Both the position numbers and the translations under genes were made by a program. Of a stretch of DNA of 48,342 nt, positions 28,370 to 39,843 are shown in pieces. The notes beneath the pieces are model-generated. The model was not told where the DNA came from, ran no database searches, and saw only the letters and a program-made list of their open reading frames with translations. The DNA comes from Aeromicrobium choanae (GTDB taxonomy: Bacteria > Actinomycetota > Actinomycetes > Propionibacteriales > Nocardioidaceae). Position 1 is the stretch's first letter. Each line of letters begins with the position of its first letter. The DNA is taken from contig JAJUII010000001.1 of the NCBI GenBank assembly GCA_029265505.1, forward strand, positions 1-48,342, in the 5' to 3' direction.

Positions 28370-28385
28370 TTGACGTAAGTGTCAA
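28370..28385. promoter_or_regulatory. TTGAC-N6-GTCAA operator-like palindrome upstream of the carboxyltransferase operon
   Basis: ttgacgtaagtgtcaa, with an extra ttgac half-site at 28364. Confidence 0.75.
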
Positions 28386-28479
28386 GACTTTTGGCCGGAA
28401 TTTCAATCTGGACTTGAATTCATGCTCAAAAAGTGCTTGATTCTGTGACAGCGGTCACCTACCGTCTGTGTCCTGATAC

Positions 28480-28499
28480 ACCTGAGCGATCGCTTAGGT
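28480..28499. promoter_or_regulatory. Near-perfect 20-bp palindrome upstream of the carboxyltransferase
   Basis: acctgagcgatcgcttaggt, one mismatched pair; core related to the 28079 site. Confidence 0.6.
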
Positions 28500-28550
28500 C
28501 CCCCCGAATCCCGATCACCGAGGTGGTCGACGTCACGATGGAGGCACTCC

Positions 28551-30104
28551 GTGAGCCACGTCTGGTCCGATGAGATCGATGAGATCGCTCGACGCCTGAA
28601 GTGGGCCGAGGCGCTCGGCGGCGAGGACAAGATCCGCCGTCAGCACGAGAACGGCCGCAGCACCGTCCGTGAGCGGATCACCAACCTGCTCGACGAGGGC
28701 AGCTTCGAGGAGATCGGGGCGCTCGCCGGCTTCGCCACGCGGGCCGAGGACGGGACGACGATCAGCGTCATGCCGGCGAACTTCGTGTTCGGCCTCGGTG
28801 AGATCGACGGGCGTCGCGTCGCGCTCGGCGCGGACGACTTCACCATCCGCGGCGGCGCGGCCGACGCGTCGATCATGCAGAAGCAGGTCGACTCCGAACG
28901 CCTGGCCGGCGCGTTGCGCCTGCCGCTCGTGCGTCTCATCGAGGGCACCGGCGGTGGCGGCAGCGTCAAGATGATCGAGGACGCGGGCTACACCTACGTG
29001 CCGGCGAATCCGGGCTGGGACCACCTGGTCGAGAACCTGTCGCTCGTGCCGGTCGTCGCCGCGTGCATGGGACCGGTGGCGGGCCTGGGCTCCGGCCGAG
29101 CCGCGATGAGCCACTTCAGCATCCTCATCGAGGGCATCTCGCAGATGTTCGTGGCCGGCCCGCCGGTCGTGAAGCACGCCACCGGCGAGGACCTCACGAA
29201 GGAGGAGCTCGGCGGCGCCGAGGTCCACCGCCGCAGCGGCGCGATCGACCGGATCGTCCCCGACGAGAAGGCCGCCCTGCAGGCGATCCGGGACTTCCTG
29301 TCCTACCTCCCCTCGAGCGTGTACGAGACGCCGCCGGTGACCGAGGCGGTGGAGCCGGCGACCTCCTCGGACGCGCTGGCCGACGTGGTGCCGCGCAACC
29401 GCCGTCAGCCCTACCGGCTGCGGACCATCCTCGACGCGATCTTCGACGCCGGGTCGAACTTCGAGTACGCCGGTTACGGCGCCTCGGTCTACACCGGCTT
29501 GGCGCGCCTGGACGGTCACCCCGTCGGCGTCGTGGCGACCGATCCGTACAAGGGCGCCACCATGACGCCGAACGGCGCGGACGCCCTGACGCGTCTGATC
29601 GACCTGTGCGAGACCTTCCACCTGCCGATCGTCAGCCTGACGGACCAGTCCGGGATGATGATCGGCCTCCAGGCGGAGAAGACCGCCTCCATCCGCCGTG
29701 GCGCCCGCGCCGTCGTCGCCGCGTACCAAGCCCGGGTCCCGATGGCGGAGATCATCGTCCGACGCGTCTTCGGCGTCGGGGGTGCCGGTCAGATCAACCG
29801 GCACCGGTACAACCGCCAGTGGGCTTGGCCCTCGGGCGACTGGGGCTCCCTGCCGGTCGAGGGCGGAGTCGAGGCGGCGTACCGCGCCGAGCTCGAGGCC
29901 TCCGACGACCCCGAGGCCCTCATGCAGGACATCCACCGTCGTCTCGAGGCGGCGCGGTCGCCGTTCCGCACCGCTGAGAAGTACGGCGTCCAGGACGTCA
30001 TCGATCCCCGTCGCAGCCGCGAGCTGCTGACGCGTTGGGTCCGTGACGCGTACCGCCTGCTTCCCGAGCTGGTCGGCCCGCCCTCCTTCGGAACGAGGCC
30101 CTGA
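28551..30104 (+). CDS. Acyl-CoA carboxylase carboxyltransferase (beta) subunit
   Basis: GRSTVRERITNLLDEGSFEEIG, DDFTIRGG, MFVAGPPVV, EELGGAEVH, QDVIDPRRSR. Confidence 0.92.
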   Translation: MSHVWSDEIDEIARRLKWAEALGGEDKIRRQHENGRSTVRERITNLLDEGSFEEIGALAGFATRAEDGTTISVMPANFVFGLGEIDGRRVALGADDFTIRGGAADASIMQKQVDSERLAGALRLPLVRLIEGTGGGGSVKMIEDAGYTYVPANPGWDHLVENLSLVPVVAACMGPVAGLGSGRAAMSHFSILIEGISQMFVAGPPVVKHATGEDLTKEELGGAEVHRRSGAIDRIVPDEKAALQAIRDFLSYLPSSVYETPPVTEAVEPATSSDALADVVPRNRRQPYRLRTILDAIFDAGSNFEYAGYGASVYTGLARLDGHPVGVVATDPYKGATMTPNGADALTRLIDLCETFHLPIVSLTDQSGMMIGLQAEKTASIRRGARAVVAAYQARVPMAEIIVRRVFGVGGAGQINRHRYNRQWAWPSGDWGSLPVEGGVEAAYRAELEASDDPEALMQDIHRRLEAARSPFRTAEKYGVQDVIDPRRSRELLTRWVRDAYRLLPELVGPPSFGTRP

Positions 30105-30105
30105 G

Positions 30106-31773
30106 ATGACGATTCCCATCGGTGACGAGAAGCTGCTCGAGTTCGACTTCGCCACGGCCGTCGAGGCGCTGGACCACCACGCGTCCCGCGACCCCGAGCG
30201 CCAGGCGATCGTCTACGGCGAGACCGGTGAGCGACTGACGTACGGCCGCTTCGCGGAGCTGACCGACCACTTCGCCGGCAACATCGCCGCCTCCGGGGTG
30301 CGCCGCGGTGAGCGGGTCAGCATCCTGACGACCAATCCGCTGATCTCGACTATCGCGATGTTCGGCCTGTGGAAGGCCGGTGCGGTCTACGCGCCGGTGA
30401 ACTTCCAGTACTCGGGCGACCTGCTGGCCTACCAGCTCAACGACACGCGGCCGGTCGTGCTGCTGGTCGATCGCGAGCTGTCGGCGCGTGTCGACGAGAT
30501 CGCCGATCGGCTCGAGCAGGCGCCCCGCGTGGTCGTCCTCGACGGCACCGACGCGGGCGAGTTCGCCCGGCTGACCGCTTCGGCGGACCGCCCCGACGTC
30601 ACGGTCGCCTTCGACGACCCGGCCAACATCATCTACACCTCCGGCACGACGGGCCCGTCCAAGGGCGTCGTCCAGTCCCACCGCTGGATCAACGGCTACA
30701 CCTGGGTCGGTCGGCGCACGCTCACCCGCGACGACGTCGTCTACAACGACCTGCCGATGTACCACGTCGGTGGTGCGCACTTCAACGTGGTGCGTGCGTT
30801 GTGGGTCGGTGCGTCGGTGAGCTTGTGGAACCGGTTCAGCCCGAACGACTTCTGGCGGCGCGTCCGCGAGACCGGCTGCACGACGGCCGTCCTGCTCGAC
30901 GTCATGACGCCGTGGCTGCTCAATGCCGAGCCCGCGGAGTCGGACCGGCGCAACCCGCTCAACAAGGTGCACATGCAGCCGCTGCCGGCGAACCACCACG
31001 ACTTCGCGCTGCGCTTCGGCATCGACTTCGTGACGTCCGGCTTCGGCCAGTCCGAGTCGGGCAACCCGTTGGTCACGCTCATCGAGCAGACCGACCAGGG
31101 CGAGGGCACCCCGGACGAGCTCTACCGCGGGCTCTCGCACGATGAGCTCAAGGCGATCTTCATCGAGCACGGGCTGCTCGTGCGTCGCGGCACCGACCCC
31201 CTGCCGAAGGGGATCATGGGCAAGCCGACGCCGTTCCTGGAGGTGACGATCCTCGACGAGCGCGACCGCGAGTGCCCGCCCGGCGTCGTGGGTCAGCTCG
31301 CCATGCGCCCGCGCGTCCCGTCGCTGATCTTCGAGGAGTACCTCGCCAAGCCGGAGGCGACGGTCAAGGCCTGCCGCAATCTGTGGTTCCACACCGGTGA
31401 CGCCGCCGTGCGCGATGAGGACGGCGTGTTCGTCTACATCGACCGGATGGGTGACCGCATCCGGGTTCGGGGGGAGAACATCTCGGGCTTCCACATCGAG
31501 GAGATGCTCGGGAAGCACCCGGCGATCGCCCTGGCGGCGGTCGTCGCCGTCCCCAGTGCCGAAGGAGACGAGGACGACATCGTCGCCTTCGTCGAGATCG
31601 CCGAGGGACACACCTTCGATCGCGACGCGATCGATCAACACTGTCGCGACACGATGCCGAAGTTCATGTGGCCGCGTGACGTGATCCCCGTGGATCAGAT
31701 TCCACGTACCCCCACCAACAAGATCGAGAAGTACAAGCTGCGTCAGCAGTTGACGGAAGGACACCAATCATGA
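30106..31773 (+). CDS. CaiC-like acyl-CoA ligase
   Basis: IIYTSGTTGPSKG, GFGQSE, RNLWFHTGD, RVRGENIS, IPRTPTNKIEK. Confidence 0.9.
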   Translation: MTIPIGDEKLLEFDFATAVEALDHHASRDPERQAIVYGETGERLTYGRFAELTDHFAGNIAASGVRRGERVSILTTNPLISTIAMFGLWKAGAVYAPVNFQYSGDLLAYQLNDTRPVVLLVDRELSARVDEIADRLEQAPRVVVLDGTDAGEFARLTASADRPDVTVAFDDPANIIYTSGTTGPSKGVVQSHRWINGYTWVGRRTLTRDDVVYNDLPMYHVGGAHFNVVRALWVGASVSLWNRFSPNDFWRRVRETGCTTAVLLDVMTPWLLNAEPAESDRRNPLNKVHMQPLPANHHDFALRFGIDFVTSGFGQSESGNPLVTLIEQTDQGEGTPDELYRGLSHDELKAIFIEHGLLVRRGTDPLPKGIMGKPTPFLEVTILDERDRECPPGVVGQLAMRPRVPSLIFEEYLAKPEATVKACRNLWFHTGDAAVRDEDGVFVYIDRMGDRIRVRGENISGFHIEEMLGKHPAIALAAVVAVPSAEGDEDDIVAFVEIAEGHTFDRDAIDQHCRDTMPKFMWPRDVIPVDQIPRTPTNKIEKYKLRQQLTEGHQS

Positions 31774-33284
31774 CGTTTCGATCCCGGGCAGGAGCGGTCG
31801 CCGCGGCGCTGCTCCTCTCCGTCGTCGCTGCTTGTGGCGGTGGCGGAAGCTCGGACGACGCCGATCGCACGCTGCGCGTGGCGGCCGTCTCCGACGCTTC
31901 CTCCCTGGACCCGATCCGCGGAAACGCCGGAACCGACCACATCCTGCTCTACCCCATCTACGACACGCTGATCTCCTACACCGAGGGTCTGGAGGCCGAG
32001 CCCGGCCTCGCGGAGTCCTGGGAGCAGCCGTCCCCGACCGAGCTCGTGCTCAAGCTGCGTGAGGGCGTGACCTTCCACGACGGCGAGCCGCTGAACGCCG
32101 AGGCGGTCGTCTACAACTTCGAGCGCGCGGTCGGCGAGGGCTCGAACATCCAGGCCGACCTGGCAGCCGTCGAGTCCGCCACCGCGGTCGACGAGTACAC
32201 GGTCAGCTACAAGCTGAAGTACGCCGACGCCTCGCTGCTGCTCGTGCTGGCCGACCGCGCCGGCATGATGGTCTCGCCGAAGGCCGCCGAGGCCGCCGGT
32301 GGCGACCTCAGCACCAAGCCGGTCGGTGCCGGTGGCTGGGAGTTCGTCGAGTGGAAGCGTGGCGCCGTCATCAAGGTCAAGCGCTACGCCGACTACTGGG
32401 ATTCCGAGTCCGACCGCGTCTCCGCGATCGACTTCAACATCATCCCGGACCCCAAGACCCGCGTCACCTCGCTGCGCTCGGGTCAGCAGGACGTCGTCAT
32501 GGACGTCTCGCCGTCCGATGCCGAGAGCCTCGAGAAGGCCGACGGTGTCGAGCTCAGCGACACGCCTCGCGTCAACATCAACCAGGTCTACGTCAACACC
32601 GCCTCCGAGGAGCTGGGTGATCCGCGCGTCCGCAAGGCGCTCTCGCTGGCGATCGATCGTGAGGCGCTGCTCAAGAGCGCGTACTTCGGTCGTGGCTCGG
32701 TCGCGCACGGTGCGCTGCCGAACGACTACTGGGCCGAGCCGCCGGCGTCGGTCAAGTCCGAGTTCGACCCGGACCAGGCCAAGAAGCTGCTCGCCGATGC
32801 CGGCAAGTCCGATCTGACGTTCGACATGATCGCCAACGCCGACTCCGCCACCATCCGCGTGGCCGAGATCCTCAAGCAGCAGTGGGCCGACGTGGGCGTG
32901 ACGATGAACATCCGTCCGCTGGAGATCGTCCAGGGCACGAGCGACTACTTCAACGATCGCAAGACCCCGGCCTACCTGTCGCAGTGGACCGGTCGTCCCG
33001 ACCCGGCCATGACGTACCGCCTGCTGTTCTCGGCCGACGGCTACTTCAACACGTCCGACAAGTGGACCCCGGGCCTGGAGGAGGCGCTGAAGAAGTCCGA
33101 CGCCTCCACCGAGCCCTCCGAGCGCAAGGCCGGATTCGACGAGGCCGCCGAGGCCGTGTTCAAGGACACGTCGTTCCTGCCGCTGGTGTTCGGCAACTCC
33201 ATCGTCGGTCTGTCCGATGACGTCGAAGGGTTCGCCAACAACCTGCTCGGCAAGCCGAAGTTCAAGGGAGTCACTCTCGGCTGA
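31770..33284 (+). CDS. ABC transporter substrate-binding lipoprotein (Opp/Dpp, family 5)
   Basis: Lipobox VAAC; IYDTL, PGLAESW, KLREGVTFHDGEPLNAEAV, DPRVRKALSLAIDRE. Confidence 0.92.
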   Translation: MTFRSRAGAVAAALLLSVVAACGGGGSSDDADRTLRVAAVSDASSLDPIRGNAGTDHILLYPIYDTLISYTEGLEAEPGLAESWEQPSPTELVLKLREGVTFHDGEPLNAEAVVYNFERAVGEGSNIQADLAAVESATAVDEYTVSYKLKYADASLLLVLADRAGMMVSPKAAEAAGGDLSTKPVGAGGWEFVEWKRGAVIKVKRYADYWDSESDRVSAIDFNIIPDPKTRVTSLRSGQQDVVMDVSPSDAESLEKADGVELSDTPRVNINQVYVNTASEELGDPRVRKALSLAIDREALLKSAYFGRGSVAHGALPNDYWAEPPASVKSEFDPDQAKKLLADAGKSDLTFDMIANADSATIRVAEILKQQWADVGVTMNIRPLEIVQGTSDYFNDRKTPAYLSQWTGRPDPAMTYRLLFSADGYFNTSDKWTPGLEEALKKSDASTEPSERKAGFDEAAEAVFKDTSFLPLVFGNSIVGLSDDVEGFANNLLGKPKFKGVTLG

Positions 33285-33302
33285 CGCCGAGGGAACAAGG
33301 AG

Positions 33303-34295
33303 GTGACGGTCATGTCGTTGCTCACGGTCGAGGGGCTGCGGGTCCACTTCGGACACGGAGACACCCAGGTGCAGGCCCTGCACGACGTCGATCTGACGAT
33401 CGAGCCGGGCGAGATCGTGGGACTCGTCGGTGAGAGCGGGAGTGGCAAGACCGTCACCTCCTTGGCGCTCATGGGGCTCCTCGATCCGCGAAGCTCGCGG
33501 ATCGAGGGCCGGGCGGTCCTGGACGGCAAGGAGCTGTGGGACGAGAAGGGCGAGCGCAAGACGCCCCGCCACGAGATCCCGATGGCGATGGTGTTCCAGG
33601 AGCCGATGACGGCCCTGGACCCGGTCTTCACGGTCGGGTACCAGCTCATGGAGACGCTCAAGGTGCGTCGCGGCATGGACAAGAGGGCCGCTCGTGCCGA
33701 GGCGCTCTCCCTGCTGGACGCGGTCGGCATCTCGGACCCGAAGGCTCGGATGAAGGCCTACCCGCACGAGCTCTCCGGCGGCATGCGCCAGCGCGTCATG
33801 ATCGCGATCGCGCTGGCCTGCGATCCGAAGCTGCTCATCGCCGACGAGCCGACCACCGCGGTCGACGTGACGATCCAGGCGCAGCTGCTGGATCTGATCA
33901 AGAAGCTCTCGCGCGAGCGCGGCATGTCGGTCCTGTTCGTCACCCACGACCTCGGTGTCGTGTCGGAGACCTGCGACCGGATGATCACGATGTACGCCGG
34001 CCGCGTCGTCGAGCGCGGCCCGGTCAAGGAGGTGCTCGCGGCACCCGGACACCCGTACACGGCGGGCCTGCTGGCGGCGCTGCCGTCGCCAGAGTCGCGC
34101 GGTGGCCGCCTGGCCACCATCCCCGGCCGCGTGCCGCCGCCCGGCGACGTCGTCGAGGGCTGCATCTTCCGGCCTCGCTGCCCGTACGCGCAGGACGAGT
34201 GCCGCACCGAGCAGAAGCTCATTGCGCTGACCGACACGCGCGAGGTGCGGTGCATCCGGTCACGCGAGATCGACTTCGAAGGAGTCGCGTCATGA
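33303..34295 (+). CDS. Opp/Dpp-type ABC transporter ATP-binding protein (OppD-like)
   Basis: [28 protein letters not shown]-terminal GCIFRPRC; ATG 33312 is an alternative start. Confidence 0.93.
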   Translation: MTVMSLLTVEGLRVHFGHGDTQVQALHDVDLTIEPGEIVGLVGESGSGKTVTSLALMGLLDPRSSRIEGRAVLDGKELWDEKGERKTPRHEIPMAMVFQEPMTALDPVFTVGYQLMETLKVRRGMDKRAARAEALSLLDAVGISDPKARMKAYPHELSGGMRQRVMIAIALACDPKLLIADEPTTAVDVTIQAQLLDLIKKLSRERGMSVLFVTHDLGVVSETCDRMITMYAGRVVERGPVKEVLAAPGHPYTAGLLAALPSPESRGGRLATIPGRVPPPGDVVEGCIFRPRCPYAQDECRTEQKLIALTDTREVRCIRSREIDFEGVAS

Positions 34296-35281
34296 CTGAA
34301 CCCCTGTTGTCCCTGGAGAACGTGTCGGTGCGGTTCCCGATCGGGCGCCGACGTCACGTGACGGCCGTCGACGGCGTCAGCCTGGAGCTGCGCGAGGGCG
34401 AGACGCTCGGACTGATCGGCGAGAGCGGCTCGGGCAAGTCCACGGTGGCGCGTGCGGCGATGGGCCTGGCCCCGATCGCCGAGGGCACCGTGCGCTGGCG
34501 CGGCAAGGACGTGTCCACGTTCAACGCCAAGGAGCGCCGCGCGTTCTCCGAGGCGGTCCAGATGGTGTTTCAGGATCCGCACAGCGCGCTGGACCCCCGG
34601 CGCACGATCCTGCAGAGCGTGCGCGAGCCGCTCGACGTGATGGGTCGCGGGAACAAGAAGGACCGCCGTGAGGTGGCGGCGAAGGCGCTGGAGGACGTCG
34701 GTCTGGCGACCCAGATGCTCAGCCGGTACCCCCACCAGCTCAGCGGTGGTCAGAAGCAGCGCGCGAACATCGCCCGCGCCCTGGTGACCAATCCCAAGGT
34801 GCTCGTGTGCGACGAGTCGGTCGCCGCGCTCGACGTGGCGCTGCAGGCCGAGATCCTCAACCTGCTGCAGGACCTGAAGGCCGAGTACGACCTGACGATC
34901 CTGTTCATCAGCCACGACCTGTCGGTCGTCAGCTACCTGGCGGACCGGATCAGCGTCATGTACCTCGGCAACATCGTCGAGAACGCGACCACCGAGTCGC
35001 TCGTCGAGCAGAGCCTCCATCCCTACAGCGAGGCGCTGCTCTCGGCCCAGCCGCTCGTGCACGACTCCTCGGAGGGGCGTCGCATCGTGCTCAAGGGCGA
35101 CATTCCCAGCCCGGTGTCCCCGCCCCCCGGATGCCGGTTCAACACTCGTTGCCAGTTCGCTCAGGAGGGCTGCCGCGAGGTCAAGCCCGACCTCGTCGAG
35201 GTGCTGCCCGGCCATGCCTCGGCCTGCCTGCGGGTCGACGAGCTGTACGCGGACCGACTCGGAAGGACGGTGGCGTCATGA
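34292..35281 (+). CDS. Opp/Dpp-type ABC transporter ATP-binding protein (OppF-like)
   Basis: [31 protein letters not shown]; ATGA overlap with the upstream gene. Confidence 0.93.
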   Translation: MTEPLLSLENVSVRFPIGRRRHVTAVDGVSLELREGETLGLIGESGSGKSTVARAAMGLAPIAEGTVRWRGKDVSTFNAKERRAFSEAVQMVFQDPHSALDPRRTILQSVREPLDVMGRGNKKDRREVAAKALEDVGLATQMLSRYPHQLSGGQKQRANIARALVTNPKVLVCDESVAALDVALQAEILNLLQDLKAEYDLTILFISHDLSVVSYLADRISVMYLGNIVENATTESLVEQSLHPYSEALLSAQPLVHDSSEGRRIVLKGDIPSPVSPPPGCRFNTRCQFAQEGCREVKPDLVEVLPGHASACLRVDELYADRLGRTVAS

Positions 35282-36222
35282 GAATCCTGCGTGTCGTCGG
35301 CACCTGTCTGGTGGCCGCGATCCCGACCCTGATCCTGGCGACGCTGATCGTGTTCATGCTGCAGCGTCTGATCCCCGGCGATCCCGCCGTGGCGATCGCC
35401 GGCGAGTACGCCACGCCGGAGAACCTGGAGCGGATCCGCGAAGAGCTGGGCCTGAACCAGCCGCTGATCATGCAGTACCTGACGTGGATCGGCAACGCCT
35501 TCACCGGCGACCTGGGCACCTCCTTCCAGACCGGTGAGTCGATCACCGCGCTCGTGATGCAGCGGCTTCCGCTCACGGCGCTGCTGACCTTGATGGCGCT
35601 GCTCGTCGCGATTCTGGTCGGCCTGCCGACGGGCGTGATCGCGGCGCAGAAGGTCGACACGGCGTTCGACCGCTTCCTGACCACCGGAGCGACGTTCGGC
35701 ATCGCGATCCCGAACTTCTGGCTCGGCATGATGCTGATCATCGTCTTCGCGCTCAACCTCGGCTGGTTCCCCGGTCCCGGAGGCGTCAGCCTCCAGGACG
35801 ACCCGGCCGGCGCGCTGCGCGCCCTGGTGCTGCCGGCCCTGGCCCTGGGCCTCGTCGGCGGCGCCGAGATCTGCCGCCAGGTCCGCAGTGCGATGGTCGA
35901 GAGCCTCTCGACCGACTACGTCCGGACCCACCGGGCCAAGGGTCTGTCGAATCGCAGCATCGTGTGGAAGCACGCGCTGAAGAACTCCAGCCTCCCCTTC
36001 GCGACCATCGTGGGCCTGCAGGTGTCGCGCCTGATCGGCGGCGCGGTCGTCGTGGAGGCCGTGTTCGGTCTGTCCGGCATCGGATCGCTGGCCGTCGAGG
36101 CGACGAACCAGCGTGACTACGGCGTGATCCAGGCGGTCGTCTTCGTCGCCGCGGTGATCGTCCTGTTGACGAACCTGATCGTCGACGTCTCCTACCGCCT
36201 GCTCGACCCGAGGATCCGCTGA
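35278..36222 (+). CDS. Opp/Dpp-type ABC permease (OppB-like)
   Basis: PGDPA, GDLGTS, IPNFWLG, DYVRTHRAKGL..HALKNS, DPRIR. Confidence 0.92.
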   Translation: MRILRVVGTCLVAAIPTLILATLIVFMLQRLIPGDPAVAIAGEYATPENLERIREELGLNQPLIMQYLTWIGNAFTGDLGTSFQTGESITALVMQRLPLTALLTLMALLVAILVGLPTGVIAAQKVDTAFDRFLTTGATFGIAIPNFWLGMMLIIVFALNLGWFPGPGGVSLQDDPAGALRALVLPALALGLVGGAEICRQVRSAMVESLSTDYVRTHRAKGLSNRSIVWKHALKNSSLPFATIVGLQVSRLIGGAVVVEAVFGLSGIGSLAVEATNQRDYGVIQAVVFVAAVIVLLTNLIVDVSYRLLDPRIR

Positions 36223-37076
36223 TGGCCACCGTCGACACTCCCACCACCTCCACCACGGCCCGCCGCAAGGTCGGGCGTCTCTCGGTCACGATCAGCTACG
36301 CGATCCTGGCGCTCGTCGCCTTCGTGGTGGTGTTCGCCGGGGTGCTGGCCCCGTTCGACCCGAACAAGCAGGATCTCAACGCGATCCTGCTGCCGATGAG
36401 CGGCGAGCACTGGCTCGGCACCGACGACCTCGGTCGCGACGTGTTCAGCCGGATGCTCCACGGCACGCGGGTGTCGGTGCTCGCGGCGCTGCTCGCGGTC
36501 GCCCTCTCGGTCGTCATCGGTCTGCCGTTCGGCATCGCCGCGGGCTGGCTCGGCGGCGTGACGGACCTGATCATCATGCGCATCGTCGACGCGGTCATGT
36601 CCTTCCCCGCGATCGTGCTGGCGATCGGCATCACCGCGACGATGGGGCCCGACATCATCACCGCGATGATCTCGGTCGGCATCGTGATGTCACCGGCGAT
36701 CCTGCGGTTGGCCCGCGCCCAGACGATGGCGATCCGGTCCGAGACCTACATCGAGGCCGCGACGTCGTTCGGCGCCCGCGGACTGCGCCGGATGGTCGTG
36801 CCGCACGTCATTCCGAACATCATCCAGCCGATCCTGGTCCAGGTCGCGGTTCTGATGGGCTTCGCGCTGATCGCCGAGGCGAGCCTGAGCTTCCTGCAGC
36901 TCGGCGTCCAGCCTCCGACGGCGTCCTGGGGTGCGGTGCTCTCGCGGTCCTACACGTTCCTGGACCAGGCGCCGATGCAGATCTTCATCCCCGGCATCGC
37001 GATCGCGTCCACCGTGTTCGCGTTCAACATCATCGGCGATGAGATCCAGCGTCTGCTCGACCCGAAGAGGAAGTGA
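36222..37076 (+). CDS. Opp/Dpp-type ABC permease (OppC-like)
   Basis: HWLGTDDLGRDVFSR, YIEAA, EASLSFL, SWG. Confidence 0.92.
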   Translation: MATVDTPTTSTTARRKVGRLSVTISYAILALVAFVVVFAGVLAPFDPNKQDLNAILLPMSGEHWLGTDDLGRDVFSRMLHGTRVSVLAALLAVALSVVIGLPFGIAAGWLGGVTDLIIMRIVDAVMSFPAIVLAIGITATMGPDIITAMISVGIVMSPAILRLARAQTMAIRSETYIEAATSFGARGLRRMVVPHVIPNIIQPILVQVAVLMGFALIAEASLSFLQLGVQPPTASWGAVLSRSYTFLDQAPMQIFIPGIAIASTVFAFNIIGDEIQRLLDPKRK

Positions 37077-37079
37077 ATC

Positions 37080-38423
<1,344 letters not shown>

Positions 38424-38505
38424 GTGCAGATTCAGGTACGCTCGACGCGTCGACTCATGCCGAGCCGACGGACCGCTGAACCGACATCACCCCTGAGGAG
38501 TTCCC

Positions 38506-39300
38506 GTGGACACCACTGCCCTGTTCTCTCTCGAAGGCCGCGTCGCCTTCGTCACCGGCGGCTCGCGCGGCATCGGCCGCATGATCGCTGAAGGCTTCCT
38601 GCGGCAGGGCGCGCGGGTCTACATCACCGCCCGCAAGGCCGAGCAGTGCGACCAGACCGCCCAGGAGCTGTCCGAGCTCGGCACGTGCGTCTCGATCCCG
38701 GGCAACATCTCCACGCCCGAGGGCATGGCCGACGTCGTCGCCCGCTTCCGCGAGCACGAGTCGACACTGGACATCCTGGTGAACAACGCCGGTGCCGCGT
38801 GGGCCGCGCCGTTCGACGAGTTCCCCGAGAGCGGCTGGGACAAGGTCATGGACCTCAACGTCAAGTCGCTGTTCTTCCTCACCCAGGCGCTCGCGCCCGA
38901 GCTGCGCGCCGTCGGTCAGGCGGGCGACCACCTCGCCAAGGTCATCAACATCGCGTCCATCGACGGGATCACGCCGAACCCGCTGGAGACCTACAGCTAC
39001 CAGGCGAGCAAGGCCGCGGTCCTCCACCTGACGAAGCGGATGGCGCTGCGTCTGATCAAGGACGGCATCGGCGTCACGGCGATCGCGCCCGGCGCCTTCG
39101 CCTCGGACATGAACATCGACGCCCGCGACCGGGCCGACGAGATCAAGGCGGCGATCCCGGCGGGCCGCATCGGCACGATCGAGGACATGGCCGGCACGGC
39201 GATCTACCTCGCCTCGCGTGCCGGTGACTACGTCGTGGGCGGCAGCGTCGTCGTCGACGGCGGCGTCGCCTGGGCGCCGGGCCTCGATCTCGGTCGCTGA
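38506..39300 (+). CDS. Classical short-chain dehydrogenase/reductase (RhlG-like)
   Basis: TGGSRGIG, NNAG, NIAS, YQASK catalytic motif; gaggag RBS. Confidence 0.92.
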   Translation: MDTTALFSLEGRVAFVTGGSRGIGRMIAEGFLRQGARVYITARKAEQCDQTAQELSELGTCVSIPGNISTPEGMADVVARFREHESTLDILVNNAGAAWAAPFDEFPESGWDKVMDLNVKSLFFLTQALAPELRAVGQAGDHLAKVINIASIDGITPNPLETYSYQASKAAVLHLTKRMALRLIKDGIGVTAIAPGAFASDMNIDARDRADEIKAAIPAGRIGTIEDMAGTAIYLASRAGDYVVGGSVVVDGGVAWAPGLDLGR

Positions 39301-39316
39301 CCGGAGTCGCTGCCGC

Positions 39317-39811
39317 TCAGCGCGGCCCCATCGGGCCCGCGAGCGGCAGCGACCATCCGAGTGCCGCGTGCTCGGCGATCCTGGCGTCGAGCGCCGCGGC
39401 GATCGGCTCGGGGAACGGCGTGGACCGGCGCTCGTTCATGTCGATCGCGATCTCGACCCACTCGCACAGGCTCGCGATCGAGGACGTCGTCACGTCCGTG
39501 AGCACCGAGATGCCGTGGATGATCTTGTCGTTGCGCCCCAGCAGCAGGCACCGGCCCTCGATGCGGTCGCCGACGCGGATCTCGTTGAGGAACGTCAGGT
39601 GGTGCTCGGCGCTGAAGATGCTGAAGCCGGCCTCCAGAGAGCGCTCGTCGATGCCCAGCTCCATCATCTCGGCGTGGCACGCCTGCATGTGGAGCGCGTA
39701 GTGGTGGCTGACATTCACATGGCCGTTGAAGTCCTCGAACTCCGGGGGTGCCACCAGGTTCAGGGTGGGCGGCAGAGTGGCGAGTTCGTCCAGGCTGGGC
39801 AGAGTCGACAT
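39317..39811 (-). CDS. Hotdog-fold thioesterase family protein (paralog B)
   Basis: PPEFEDFNGHVNVSHHY; clearly similar to 25066-25575. Confidence 0.8.
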   Translation of the reverse strand: MSTLPSLDELATLPPTLNLVAPPEFEDFNGHVNVSHHYALHMQACHAEMMELGIDERSLEAGFSIFSAEHHLTFLNEIRVGDRIEGRCLLLGRNDKIIHGISVLTDVTTSSIASLCEWVEIAIDMNERRSTPFPEPIAAALDARIAEHAALGWSLPLAGPMGPR

Positions 39812-39843
39812 GGACCCACCCTAGCCGGAACTTGAGTTTGGTT

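Noticed and set aside
16242-28385. Recurring palindromes considered as CRISPR repeats, IS ends or att sites
   Set aside because: They are dispersed upstream of genes with no regular spacers, and no cas, transposase or integrase gene is present; operators fit better.
28386-28450. AT-rich patch as a possible sRNA or foreign DNA
   Set aside because: It is short, lies between operator-like sites in a promoter region, and shows no terminator or clear fold.
25520-34052. Very long antisense ORFs (e.g. 25520..27796, 28533..30155, 29998..31767, 31743..34052)
   Set aside because: They mirror well-supported genes on the opposite strand and lack motifs; such stop-poor frames are expected in high-GC DNA.
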